Source of the DNA: Eledone cirrhosa
Lineage: Eukaryota
NCBI GenBank assembly: GCA_964016885.1
Contig: OZ024742.1
Span: forward strand, 346,580,001-346,644,000
Direction of reading: 5' to 3'
Length of the DNA: 64,000 bases
Part shown: piece by piece, positions 14,651-30,500 of the stretch
Layout: every line of letters starts with the position of its first letter
Position numbering within the stretch: position 1 is the first letter of the stretch
Position numbers and translations under genes: made by a program
Notes under the pieces: model-generated
What the model was told of the DNA's origin: nothing
Database searches by the model: none
Seen by the model: the letters and a program-made list of their open reading frames with translations, nothing else

Positions 14651-17600
14651 GTAATATAAGCCAACATTAAGATACTTGTATTATAAGCCTACATTAAGAT
14701 ACTTGTAATATAAGCCGACATTAAGATACTTGTAATATATGCAAAAATTAAGATACTTGTAATATAAGCCCACATTAAGATACTTGTAATATAAGCCTTC
14801 ATTAAGATACCTGTATTATAAACCTACATTAAGATACTTGTAATATAAGTCTACATTAAGATACTCGTAATATAAGCCTACATTAAGATGCTTGTAATAT
14901 AAGCCTACATTAAGATACTTGTAATATAATCCTACATTAAGATACTTGTAATATAAGCCTACATTAAGATACTCGTAATATAAGCCTACATTAAGATACT
15001 TGTATTATAAGCCTACATTAAGATACTTGTAATATAATCCCACATTAAGATACTTGTATTATAAGCCTTCATTAAGATACTTGTAATATAAGCCTACATT
15101 AAGATACTTGTATTATAAGCCTACATTGAGATACTTGTATTATAAGCCAACATTAAGACACTTGTAATATAAGCCAACATTAAGATACTTGTAATATAAG
15201 CCTACATTAAGATACTTGTATTATAAGCCTACATTAAGATACTTGTAATATAAGCCTACATTAAGATACTTGTATTATAAGCCCACATTAAAATACTTGT
15301 ATTATAAGCCCACATTAAGATACTTGTAATATAAGCCTACATTAAGATACTTGTATTATAAGCCCACATTAAGATACGTGTAATATAAGCCAACATTAAG
15401 ATACTTGTAATATAAGCCTAAATTAAGATACTGGTAATATAAGCCTCCATTAAGATACTTTTATTATAAGCCTACATTAAGATACTTGTATTATAAGCCC
15501 ACATTAAGATACTTGTAATATAAGCCATCATTAAGATACTTGTAATATAAGCTTACATTAAGATACTTGTAATATAAGCCTACATTAAGATACTTGTATT
15601 ATAAGCCTACATTAAGATACTTGTAATATAAGCCGACATTAAGACACTTGTAATATAAGCGAAAATTAAGATACTTGTAATATACGCCCACATTAAGATA
15701 CTTGTAATATAAGCCTTCATTAAGATACTTGTATTATAAGCCTACATTAAGATACTTGTATTATAAGCCTACATTAAGATACTTGTATTATAAGCCTACA
15801 TTAAGATACTTGTAATATAAGCCTAAATTAAGATAGTTGTATTATAAGCATACATTAAGATACTTGTATTATAAGCCGACATTAAGATACTTGTAATATA
15901 AGCCAACATTAAGATACTTGTATTATAAGCCTACATTAAGATACTTGTAATATAAGCCTCCATTAAGATACTTGTATTATAAGCCTACATTAAGATACTT
16001 GTATTATAAGCCCACATTAAGATACTTGTAATATAAGCCAACATTAAGATACTTGTATTATAAGCCTACATTAAGATACTTGTAATATAAGCCTCCATTA
16101 AGATACTTGTATTATAAGCCTACATTAAGATACTTGTATTATAAGCCCACATTAAGATACTTGTAATATAAGCCTTCATTAAGATACTTGTAATATAAGT
16201 CTACATTAAGATACTTGTAATATAAGCCTACATTAAGATACTTGTATTATAAGCCTACATTAAGATACTTGTATTATAAGCCTACATTAAGATACTTGTA
16301 ATATAAGCCTACATTTAGATACTTGTAATATAAGCCAACATTAAGATACTTGTAATATAAGCCAACATTAAGATACTTGTATTATAAGCCTACATTAAGA
16401 TACTTGTAATATAAGCCTACATTAAGATACTTGTAATATAAGCCTACATTAAGATACGTGTAATATAAGCCTACATTAAGATACTTGTAATATAAGCCTT
16501 CATTAAGATACATGTATTATAAGCCTTCATTAAGAAACTTGTAATATAAGCCTACATTAAGATACTTGTATTATAAGCCTACATTAAGATACTTGTATTA
16601 TAAGCCCACATTAAGACACTTGTAATATAAGCCTACATTAAGATACTTGTATTATAAGTCTACATTATGATACTTGTAATATAAGCCCACATTAAGATAC
16701 TTGTATTATAAGCCTACATTAAGATACTTGTAATATAAGCCTACATTAAGATACTTGTATCATAAGCCTACATTAAGATACTTGCATTATAAGTCCACAT
16801 TAAGATACTTGTAATATAAGCCTACATTAAGATACTTGTATTATAAGCCTACATTAAGATACTTATATTATAAGCCAACATTAAGATACTTGTAATATAA
16901 TCCCACATTAAGATACTTGTAATATAATCCCACAGTAAGATACTTGTTATATAATCCCACATTAAGATACTTGTAATATAAGCCTACATTAAGATACTTG
17001 TAATATAATCCAACATTAAGATACTTGTAATATAAGCCTAGGTTAATATACGTGTAATATAAGCCAACATTAAGATACTTGTATTATAAGCCTACATTAA
17101 GATACTTGTAATATAAGCCTACATTAAGATACTTGTAATATAAGCCTACATTAAGATACGTGTAATATAAGCCTACATTAAGATACTTGTAATATAAGCC
17201 TTCATTAAGATACATGTATTATAAGCCTTCATTAAGAAACTTGTAATATAAGCCTACATTAAGATACTTGTATTATAAGCCTACATTAAGATACTTGTAT
17301 TATAAGCCCACATTAAGATACGTGTAATATAAGCCAACATTAAGATACTTATAATATAAGCCTAACTTAAGATACTCGTAATATAAGCCTCCATTAAGAT
17401 ACTTGTATTATAAGCCAACATTAAGATACTTGTATTATAAGCCCACATTAAGATACTTGTAATATAAGCCTTCATTAAGATACTTGTAATATAAGTCTAC
17501 ATTAAGATACTTGTAATATAAGCCTCCATTAAGATACTTGTATTATAAGCCTGCATTAAGATACTTGTATTATAAGCCTACATTAAGATACTTGTAATAT

Positions 17601-20600
17601 AAGCCTACATTAAGATACGTGTAAAATAAGCCAACATTAAGATACTTGTAATATAAGCTTACATTAAGATACTCGTACTATAAGCCTACATTAAGATACT
17701 TGTAATATAAGCCAACATTAAGATATTTGTATTATAAGCCTACATTACGATACTTGTAATATAAGCCTACATTAAGATAATTGTATTATAAGCCTACATT
17801 AAGATACTTGTAATATAAACCTAAATTAAGATACTTGTATTATAAGCCCACATTAAGATACTTGTAATATAAGCCAACATTAAGATACTTGTATTATAAG
17901 CCTACATTAAGATACTTGTAATATAATCCCACATTAAGATACTTGTTATATAATCCAACATTAAGATACTTGTAATATAAGCCTACATTAAGATACTTGT
18001 AATATAATCCCACATTAAGATACTTGTAATATAAGCCTAGGTTAAGATACGTGTAATATAAGCCAACATTAAGATACTTGTAATATAAGCCTACATTAAG
18101 ATACTCGTAATATAAGCCTACATTAAGATACTTGTAATATAAGCCAACATTAAGATACTTGTATTATAAGCCTACATTAAGATACTTGTAATATAAGCCG
18201 ACATTAAGATACTTGTAATATATGCAAAAATTAAGATACTTGTAATATAAGCCCACATTAAGATACTTGTAATATAAGCCTTCATTAAGATACCTGTATT
18301 ATAAACCTACATTAAGATACTTGTAATATAAGTCTACATTAAGATACTCGTAATATAAGCCTACATTAAGATGCTTGTAATATAAGCCTACATTAAGATA
18401 CTTGTAATATAATCCTACATTAAGATACTTGTAATATAAGCCTACATTAAGATACTCGTAATATAAGCCTACATTAAGATACTTGTATTATAAGCCTACA
18501 TTAAGATACTTGTAATATAATCCCACATTAAGATACTTGTATTATAAGCCTTCATTAAGATACTTGTAATATAAGCCTACATTAAGATACTTGTATTATA
18601 AGCCTACATTGAGATACTTGTATTATAAGCCAACATTAAGACACTTGTAATATAAGCCAACATTAAGATACTTGTAATATAAGCCTACATTAAGATACTT
18701 GTATTATAAGCCTACATTAAGATACTTGTAATATAAGCCTACATTAAGATACTTGTATTATAAGCCCACATTAAAATACTTGTATTATAAGCCCACATTA
18801 AGATACTTGTAATATAAGCCTACATTAAGATACTTGTATTATAAGCCCACATTAAGATACGTGTAATATAAGCCAACATTAAGATACTTGTAATATAAGC
18901 CTAAATTAAGATACTGGTAATATAAGCCTCCATTAAGATACTTTTATTATAAGCCTACATTAAGATACTTGTATTATAAGCCCACATTAAGATACTTGTA
19001 ATATAAGCCATCATTAAGATACTTGTAATATAAGCTTACATTAAGATACTTGTAATATAAGCCTACATTAAGATACTTGTATTATAAGCCTACATTAAGA
19101 TACTTGTAATATAAGCCGACATTAAGACACTTGTAATATAAGCGAAAATTAAGATACTTGTAATATACGCCCACATTAAGATACTTGTAATATAAGCCTT
19201 CATTAAGATACTTGTATTATAAGCCTACATTAAGATACTTGTATTATAAGCCTACATTAAGATACTTGTATTATAAGCCTACATTAAGATACTTGTAATA
19301 TAAGCCTAAATTAAGATAGTTGTATTATAAGCATACATTAAGATACTTGTATTATAAGCCGACATTAAGATACTTGTAATATAAGCCAACATTAAGATAC
19401 TTGTATTATAAGCCTACATTAAGATACTTGTAATATAAGCCTCCATTAAGATACTTGTATTATAAGCCTACATTAAGATACTTGTATTATAAGCCCACAT
19501 TAAGATACTTGTAATATAAGCCAACATTAAGATACTTGTATTATAAGCCTACATTAAGATACTTGTAATATAAGCCTCCATTAAGATACTTGTATTATAA
19601 GCCTACATTAAGATACTTGTATTATAAGCCCACATTAAGATACTTGTAATATAAGCCTTCATTAAGATACTTGTAATATAAGTCTACATTAAGATACTTG
19701 TAATATAAGCCTACATTAAGATACTTGTATTATAAGCCTACATTAAGATACTTGTATTATAAGCCTACATTAAGATACTTGTAATATAAGCCTACATTTA
19801 GATACTTGTAATATAAGCCAACATTAAGATACTTGTAATATAAGCCAACATTAAGATACTTGTATTATAAGCCTACATTAAGATACTTGTAATATAAGCC
19901 TACATTAAGATACTTGTAATATAAGCCTACATTAAGATACGTGTAATATAAGCCTACATTAAGATACTTGTAATATAAGCCTTCATTAAGATACATGTAT
20001 TATAAGCCTTCATTAAGAAACTTGTAATATAAGCCTACATTAAGATACTTGTATTATAAGCCTACATTAAGATACTTGTATTATAAGCCCACATTAAGAC
20101 ACTTGTAATATAAGCCTACATTAAGATACTTGTATTATAAGTCTACATTATGATACTTGTAATATAAGCCCACATTAAGATACTTGTATTATAAGCCTAC
20201 ATTAAGATACTTGTAATATAAGCCTACATTAAGATACTTGTATCATAAGCCTACATTAAGATACTTGCATTATAAGTCCACATTAAGATACTTGTAATAT
20301 AAGCCTACATTAAGATACTTGTATTATAAGCCTACATTAAGATACTTATATTATAAGCCAACCTTAAGATACTTGTAATATAATCCCACATTAAGATACT
20401 TGTAATATAATCCCACATTAAGATACTTGTTATATAATCCCACATTAAGATACTTGTAATATAAGCCTACATTAAGATACTTGTAATATAATCCAACATT
20501 AAGATACTTGTAATATAAGCCTAGGTTAATATACGTGTAATATAAGCCAACATTAAGATACTTGTATTATAAGCCTACATTAAGATACTTGTAATATAAG

Positions 20601-21385
20601 CCTAAATTAAGATACTTGTAATATAAGCCTACATTAAGATACGTGTAATATAAGCCTACATTAAGATACTTGTAATATAAGCCTTCATTAAGATACATGT
20701 ATTATAAGCCTTCATTAAGAAACTTGTAATATAAGCCTACATTAAGATACTTGTATTATAAGCCTACATTAAGATACTTGTATTATAAGCCCACATTAAG
20801 ATACGTGTAATATAAGCCAACATTAAGATACTTGTAATATAAGCCTAACTTAAGATACTCGTAATATAAGCCTCCATTAAGATACTTGTATTATAAGCCA
20901 ACATTAAGATACTTGTATTATAAGCCCACATTAAGATACTTGTAATATAAGCCTTCATTAAGATACTTGTAATATAAGTCTACATTAAGATACTTGTAAT
21001 ATAAGCCTCCATTAAGATACTTGTATTATAAGCCTGCATTAAGATACTTGTATTATAAGCCTACATTAAGATACTTGTAATATAAGCCTACATTAAGATA
21101 CGTGTAAAATAAGCCAACATTAAGATACTTGTAATATAAGCTTACATTAAGATACTCGTACTATAAGCCTACATTAAGATACTTGTAATATAAGCCAACA
21201 TTAAGATATTTGTATTATAAGCCTACATTACGATACTTGTAATATAAGCCTACATTAAGATAATTGTATTATAAGCCTACATTAAGATACTTGTAATATA
21301 AACCTAAATTAAGATACTTGTATTATAAGCCCACATTAAGATACTTGTAATATAAGCCAACATTAAGATACTTGTATTATAAGCC
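14420..21385. repeat. Tandem duplication of a 129-monomer block (3,483 bp period, two copies)
   Basis: gcaaaaatt 14741/18224, ctGgtaat 15431/18914 and cattaCga 17748/21231 all recur at +3483 (129x27). Confidence 0.92.
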
Positions 21386-22039
21386 TACATTAAGATACTT
21401 GGAATATAAGCCTTCATTAAGATACTTGTATTATAAGCCAACATTAAGATACTTGTATTATAATCCCACATTAAGATACTTGTAATATAAGCCTACATTA
21501 AGATACTTGTATTATAAGCCCACATTAAGATACTTGTAATATAAGCCTACATTAAGATACTTGTATTATAAGCCCACATTAAGATACTTGTAATATAAGC
21601 CTACATTAAAATACTTGTATTATAAGCCTACATTAAGATACTTGTAATATAAGCCTACATTAAGATACTTGTATTATAAGCCCACATTAAGATACGTGTA
21701 ATATAAGCCAACATTAAGATACTTGTAATATAAGCCTAAATTAAGATACTCGTAATATAAGCCTCCATTAAGATACTTTTATTATAAGCCTACATTAAGA
21801 TACTTGTATTATAAGCCCACATTAAGATACTTGTAATATAAGCCTTCATTAAGATACTTGTAATATAAGTCTACATTAAGATACTTGTAATATAAGCCTA
21901 CATTAAGATACTTGTATTATAAGCCTACATTAAGATACTTGTAATATAAGCCGACATTAAGACACTTGTAATATAAGCGAAAATTAAGATACTTGTAATA
22001 TAAGCCCACATTAAGATACTTGTATTATAAGCCTACATT

Positions 22040-25000
22040 AAGATACTTGTAATATAAGTCTACATTAAGATACTCGTAATATAAGCCTACATTAAGATGC
22101 TTGTAATATAAGCCTACATTAAGATACTTGTAATATAATCCTACATTAAGATACTTGTAATATAAGCCTACATTAAGATACTCGTAATATAAGCCTACAT
22201 TAAGATACTTGTATTATAAGCCTACATTAAGATACTTGTAATATAATCCCACATTAAGATACTTGTATTATAAGCCTTCATTAAGATACTTGTAATATAA
22301 GCCTACATTAAGATACTTGTATTATAAGCCTACATTGAGATACTTGTATTATAAGCCCACATTAAGACACTTGTAATATAAGCCAACATTAAGATACTTG
22401 TAATATAAGCCTCCATTAAGATACTTGTATTATAAGCCTACATTAAGATACTTGTAATATAAGCCTACATTAAGATACTTGTATTATAAGCCTTCATTAA
22501 GATACTTGTAATATAAGCCTACATTAAGATACTTGTATTATAAGCCTTCATTGAGATACTTGTATTATAAGCCAACATTAAGACACTTGTCATATAAGCC
22601 TACATTAAGATACTTGTATTATAAGTCTACATTAAGATACTTGTAATATAAGCCGACATTAAGATACTTGTATTATAAGCCTACATTAAGATACTTGTAA
22701 TATAAGCCTACATTAAGATACTTGTATTATAAGCCTACATTAAGATACTTGCATTATAAGCCCACATTAAGATACTTGTAATATAAGCCTACATTAAGAT
22801 ACTTGTATTATAATCCTACATTAAGATACTTGTATTATAAGCCCACATTAAGATACTTGTAATATAATCCCACATTAAGATACTTGTAATATAATCCCAC
22901 GTTAAGATACGTGTAAAATAAGCCAACATTAAGATACTTGTAATATAAGCCTACATTAAGATACTCGTAATATAAGCCTACATTAAGATACTTGTAATAT
23001 AAGCCAACATTAAGATACTTGTAATATAAGCCCACATTAAGATACTTGTAATATAAGCCAACATTAAGATACTTGTATTATAAGCCTACATTAAAATACT
23101 TGTAATATAAGCCGACATTAAGATACTTGTAATATAAGCCTTCATTAAGATACTTATAATATAAGCCAACATTAAGATATTTGTATTATAAGCCTACATT
23201 AAGATACTTGTAATATAAGCCTACATTAAGATAATTGTATTATAAGCCTACATTAAGATACTTGTAATATAAGCCTAAATTAAGATACTTGTATTATAAG
23301 CCCACATTAAGATACTTGTAATATAAGCCAACATTAAGATACTTGTATTATAAGCCTACATTAAGATACTTGGAATATAAGCCTACATTAAGATACTTGT
23401 ATTATAAGCCAATATTAAGATACTTGTATTATAATCCCACATTAAGATACTTGTAATATAAGCTTACATTAAGATACTTGTATTATAAGCCCACATTAAG
23501 ATACTTGTATTATAATCCCACATTAAGATACTTGTAATATAAGCCTACATTAAGATACTTGTATTATAAGCCCACATTAAGATACGTGTAATATAAGCCA
23601 ACATTAAGATACTTGTAATATAAGCCTAAATTAAGATGCTCGTAATATAAGCCTCCATTAAGATACTTGTATTATAAGCCTACATTAAGATACTTGTATT
23701 ATAAGCCAACATTAAGATACTTGTAATATAAGCCTTCATTAAGATACTTGTAATATAAGTCTACATTAAGATACTTGTAATATAAGCCTACATTAAGATA
23801 CTTGTATTATAAGCCTACATTAAGATACTTGTATTATAAGCCTATATTAAGATACTTGTAATATAAGCCAACATTAAGATACTTGTAATATAAGCCAACA
23901 TTAAGATACTTGTATTATAAGCCTACATTAAGATACTTGTAATATAAGCCCACATTAAGATACTTGTAATATAAGCCTACATTAAGATACGTGTAATATA
24001 AGCCTACATTAAGATACTTGTAATATAAGCCTACATTAAGATACATGTAATATAAGCCTTCATTAAGATACTTGTAATATAAGCCTACTTTAAGATACTT
24101 GTATTATAAGCCTACATTAAGATACTTGTATTATAAGCCCACATTAAGACACTTGTAATATAAGCCTACATTAGATACTTGTATTATAAGTCTACATTAA
24201 GATACTTGTAATATAAGCCCGCATTAAGATACTTGTATTATAAGCCTAAATTAAGATACTTGTAATATAAGACTACATTAAGATACTTGTATTATTACCC
24301 TACATTAAGATACTTGCATTATAAGTCCACATTAAGATACTTGTAATATAAGCCTACATTAAGATACTTGTATTATAAGCCTACATTAAGATACTTGTAT
24401 TATAAGCCCACATTAAGATACTTGTAATATAATCTCACATTAAGATACTTGTAATATAATCCCACATTAAGATACTTGTTATATAATCCAACATTAAGAT
24501 ACTTGTAATATAAGCCTACATTAAGATACTTGTAATATAATCCCACATTAAGATACTTGTAATATAAGCCTAGGTTAAGATACGTGTAATATAAGCCAAC
24601 ATTAAGATACTTGTAATATAAGCCTACATTAAGATACTCGTAATATAAGCCTACATTAAGATACTTGTAATATAAGCCAACATTAAGATACTTGTATTAT
24701 AAGCCTACATTAAGATACTTGTAATATAAGCCGACATTAAGATACTTGTAATATATGCAAAAATTAAGATACTTGTAATATAAGCCCACATTAAGATACT
24801 TGTAATATAAGCCTTCATTAAGATACCTGTATTATAAACCTACATTAAGATACTTGTAATATAAGTCTACATTAAGATACTCGTAATATAAGCCTACATT
24901 AAGATGCTTGTAATATAAGCCTACATTAAGATACTTGTAATATAATCCTACATTAAGATACTTGTAATATAAGCCTACATTAAGATACTCGTAATATAAG

Positions 25001-27110
25001 CCTACATTAAGATACTTGTATTATAAGCCTACATTAAGATACTTGTAATATAATCCCACATTAAGATACTTGTATTATAAGCCTTCATTAAGATACTTGT
25101 AATATAAGCCTACATTAAGATACTTGTATTATAAGCCTACATTGAGATACTTGTATTATAAGCCAACATTAAGACACTTGTAATATAAGCCAACATTAAG
25201 ATACTTGTAATATAAGCCTACATTAAGATACTTGTATTATAAGCCTACATTAAGATACTTGTAATATAAGCCTACATTAAGATACTTGTATTATAAGCCC
25301 ACATTAAAATACTTGTATTATAAGCCCACATTAAGATACTTGTAATATAAGCCTACATTAAGATACTTGTATTATAAGCCCACATTAAGATACGTGTAAT
25401 ATAAGCCAACATTAAGATACTTGTAATATAAGCCTAAATTAAGATACTGGTAATATAAGCCTCCATTAAGATACTTTTATTATAAGACTACATTAAGATA
25501 CTTGTATTATAAGCCCACATTAAGATACTTGTAATATAAGCCATCATTAAGATACTTGTAATATAAGCCTACATTAAGATACTTGTAATATAAGCCTACA
25601 TTAAGATACTTGTATTATAAGCCTACATTAAGATACTTGTAATATAAGCCGACATTAAGACACTTGTAATATAAGCGAAAATTAAGATACTTGTAATATA
25701 AGCCCACATTAAGATACTTGTAATATAAGCCTTCATTAAGATACTTGTATTATAAGCCTACATTAAGATACTTGTATTATAAGCCTACATTAAGATACTT
25801 GTATTATAAGCCTACATTAAGATACTTGTAATATAAGCCTAAATTAAGATAGTTGTATTATAAGCATACATTAAGATACTTGTATTATAAGCCGACATTA
25901 AGATACTTGTAATATAAGCCAACATTAAGATACTTGTATTATAAGCCTACATTAAGATACTTGTAATATAAGCCTCCATTAAGATACTTGTATTATAAGC
26001 CTACATTAAGATACTTGTATTATAAGCCCACATTAAGATACTTGTAATATAAGCCAACATTAAGATACTTGTATTATAAGCCTACATTAAGATACTTGTA
26101 ATATAAGCCTCCATTAAGATACTTGTATTATAAGCCTACATTAAGATACTTGTATTATAAGCCCACATTAAGATACTTGTAATATAAGCCTTCATTAAGA
26201 TACTTGTAATATAAGTCTACATTAAGATACTTGTAATATAAGCCTACATTAAGATACTTGTATTATAAGCCTACATTAAGATACTTGTATTATAAGCCTA
26301 CATTAAGATACTTGTAATATAAGCCTACATTTAGATACTTGTAATATAAGCCAACATTAAGATACTTGTAATATAAGCCAACATTAAGATACTTGTATTA
26401 TAAGCCTACATTAAGATACTTGTAATATAAGCCTACATTAAGATACTTGTAATATAAGCCTACATTAAGATACGTGTAATATAAGCCTACATTAAGATAC
26501 TTGTAATATAAGCCTTCATTAAGATACATGTATTATAAGCCTTCATTAAGAAACTTGTAATATAAGCCTACATTAAGATACTTGTATTATAAGCCTACAT
26601 TAAGATACTTGTATTATAAGCCCACATTAAGACACTTGTAATATAAGCCTACATTAAGATACTTGTATTATAAGTCTACATTATGATACTTGTAATATAA
26701 GCCCACATTAAGATACTTGTATTATAAGCCTACATTAAGATACTTGTAATATAAGCCTACATTAAGATACTTGTATCATAAGCCTACATTAAGATACTTG
26801 CATTATAAGTCCACATTAAGATACTTGTAATATAAGCCTACATTAAGATACTTGTATTATAAGCCTACATTAAGATACTTATATTATAAGCCAACATTAA
26901 GATACTTGTAATATAATCCCACATTAAGATACTTGTAATATAATCCCACATTAAGATACTTGTTATATAATCCCACATTAAGATACTTGTAATATAAGCC
27001 TACATTAAGATACTTGTAATATAATCCAACATTAAGATACTTGTAATATAAGCCTAGGTTAATATACGTGTAATATAAGCCAACATTAAGATACTTGTAT
27101 TATAAGCCTA
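22040..27110. repeat. Dispersed copy of the ~10.6-17.1 kb segment, lacking the internal 54-monomer duplication
   Basis: The offset is +11472 in the first part (ORF-track copies 11363/22835). It is +10016 in the second part (tacattagat 14151/24167, ctGgtaat 15431/25447). The difference of 1,456 equals the duplicated block. Confidence 0.8.
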
Positions 27111-27599
27111 CATTAAGATACTTGTAATATAAGCCAACATTAAGATACTTGTATTATAAGCCTTCATTAAGAAACTTGTAATATAAGCCTACATTAAGAT
27201 ACTTGTATTATAAGCCTACATTAAGATACTTGTATTATAAGCCCACATTAAGATACGTGTAATATAAGCCAACATTAAGATACTTGTAATATAAGCCTAA
27301 CTTAAGATACTCGTAATATAAGCCTCCATTAAGATACTTGTATTATAAGCCAACATTAAGATACTTGTATTATAAGCCCACATTAAGATACTTGTAATAT
27401 AAGCCTTCATTAAGATACTTGTAATATAAGTCTACATTAAGATACTTGTAATATAAGCCTCCATTAAGATACTTGTATTATAAGCCTGCATTAAGATACT
27501 TGTATTATAAGCCTACATTAAGATACTTGTAATATAAGCCTACATTAAGATACGTGTAAAATAAGCCAACATTAAGATACTTGTAATATAAGCTTACAT

Positions 27600-30500
27600 T
27601 AAGATACTCGTAATATAAGCCTACATTAAGATACTTGTAATATAAGCCAACATTAAGATATTTGTATTATAAGCCTACATTAAGATACTTGTAATATAAG
27701 CCTACATTAAGATAATTGTATTATAAGCCTACATTAAGATACTTGTAATATAAACCTAAATTAAGATACTTGTATTATAAGCCCACATTAAGATACTTGT
27801 AATATAAGCCAACATTAAGATACTTGTATTATAAGCCTACATTAAGATACTTGGAATATAAGCCTTCATTAAGATACTTGTATTATAAGCCAACATTAAG
27901 ATACTTGTATTATAATCCCACATTAAGATACTTGTAATATAAGCCTACATTAAGATACTTGTATTATAAGCCCACATTAAGATACTTGTAATATAAGCCT
28001 ACATTAAGATACTTGTATTATAAGCCCACATTAAGATACTTGTAATATAAGCCTACATTAAAATACTTGTATTATAAGCCCACATTAAGATACTTGTAAT
28101 ATAAGCCTACATTAAGATACTTGTATTATAAGCCCACATTAAGATACGTGTAATATAAGCCAACATTAAGATACTTGAAATATAAGCCTAAATTAAGATA
28201 CTCGTAATCTAAGCCTCCATTAAGATACTTTTATTATAAGCCTACATTAAGATACTTGTATTATAAGCCCACATTAAGATCCTTGTAATATAAGCCTTCA
28301 TTAAGATACTTGTAATATAAGTCTACATTAAGATACTTGTAATATAAGCCTACATTAAGATACTTGTATTATAAGCCTACATTAAGATACTTGTAATATA
28401 AGCCGACATTAAGACACTTGTAATATAAGCGAAAATTAAGATACTTGTAATATAAGCCCACATTAAGATACTTGTAATATAAGCCTTCATTAAGATACTT
28501 GTATTATAAGCCTACATTAAGATACTTGTAATATAAGCCTACATTAAGATACTTGTATTATAAGCCTACATTAAGATACTTGTAATATAAGCCTAAATTA
28601 AGATAGTTGTATTATAAGCATACATTAAGATACTTGTATTATAAGCCGACATTAAGATACTTGTAATATAAGCCTCCATTAAGATACTTGTATTATAAGC
28701 CTACATTAAGATACTTGTATTATAAGCCCACATTAAGATACTTGTAATATAAGCCTTCATTAAGATACTTGTAATATAAGTCTACATTAAGATACTTGTA
28801 TTATAAGCCCACATTAAGATACTTGTAATATAATCCCACATTAAGATACTTGTAATATAATCCCACGTTAAGATACGTGTAAAATAAGCCAACATTAAGA
28901 TACTTGTAATATAAGCCTACATTAAGATACTCGTAATATAAGCCTACATTAAGATACTTGTAATATAAGCCAACATTAAGATACTTGTAATATAAGCCTA
29001 CATTAAGATACTTGTAATATAAGCCAACATTAAGATACTTGTATTATAAGCCTACATTAAAATACTTGTAATATAAGCCGACATTAAGATACTTGTAATA
29101 TAAGCCTTCATTAAGATACTTATAATATAAGCCAACATTAAGATATTTGTATTATAAGCCTACATTAAGATACTTGTAATATAAGCCTACATTAAGATAA
29201 TTGTATTATAAGCCTACATTAAGATACTTGTAATATAAGCCTAAATTAAGATACTTGTATTATAAGCCCACATTAAGATACTTGTAATATAAGCCAACAT
29301 TAAGATACTTGTATTATAAGCCTACATTAAGATACTTGGAATATAAGCCTATATTAAGATACTTGTATTATAAGCCAATATTAAGATACTTGTATTATAA
29401 TCCCACATTAAGATACTTGTAATATAAGCTTACATTAAGATACTTGTATTATAAGCCCACATTAAGATACTTGTATTATAATCCCACATTAAGATACTTG
29501 TAATATAAGCCTACATTAAGATACTTGTATTATAAGCCCACATTAAGATACGTGTAATATAAGCCAACATTAAGATACTTGTAATATAAGCCTAAATTAA
29601 GATGCTCGTAATATAAGCCTCCATTAAGATACTTGTATTATAAGCCTACATTAAGATACTTGTATTATAAGCCAACATTAAGATACTTGTAATATAAGCC
29701 TTCATTAAGATACTTGTAATATAAGTCTACATTAAGATACTTGTAATATAAGCCTACATTAAGATACTTGTATTATAAGCCTACATTAAGATACTTGTAT
29801 TATAAGCCTACATTAAGATACTTGTATTATAAGCCCACATTAAGACACTTGTAATATAAGCCTACATTAAGATACTTGTATTATAAGTCTACATTATGAT
29901 ACTTGTAATATAAGCCCACATTAAGATACTTGTATTATAAGCCTACATTAAGATACTTGTAATATAAGCCTACATTAAGATACTTGTATCATAAGCCTAC
30001 ATTAAGATACTTGCATTATAAGTCCACATTAAGATACTTGTAATATAAGCCTACATTAAGATACTTGTATTATAAGCCTACATTAAGATACTTATATTAT
30101 AAGCCAACATTAAGATACTTGTAATATAATCCCACATTAAGATACTTGTAATATAATCCCACATTAAGATACTTGTTATATAATCCCACATTAAGATACT
30201 TGTAATATAAGCCTACATTAAGATACTTGTAATATAATCCAACATTAAGATACTTGTAATATAAGCCTAGGTTAATATACGTGTAATATAAGCCAACATT
30301 AAGATACTTGTATTATAAGCCTACATTAAGATACTTGTAATATAAGCCTACATTAAGATACTTTTAATATAAGCCTACATTAAGATACGTGTAATATAAG
30401 CCTACATTAAGATACTTGTAATATAAGCCTTCATTAAGATACATGTATTATAAGCCTTCATTAAGAAACTTGTAATATAAGCCTACATTAAGATACTTGT

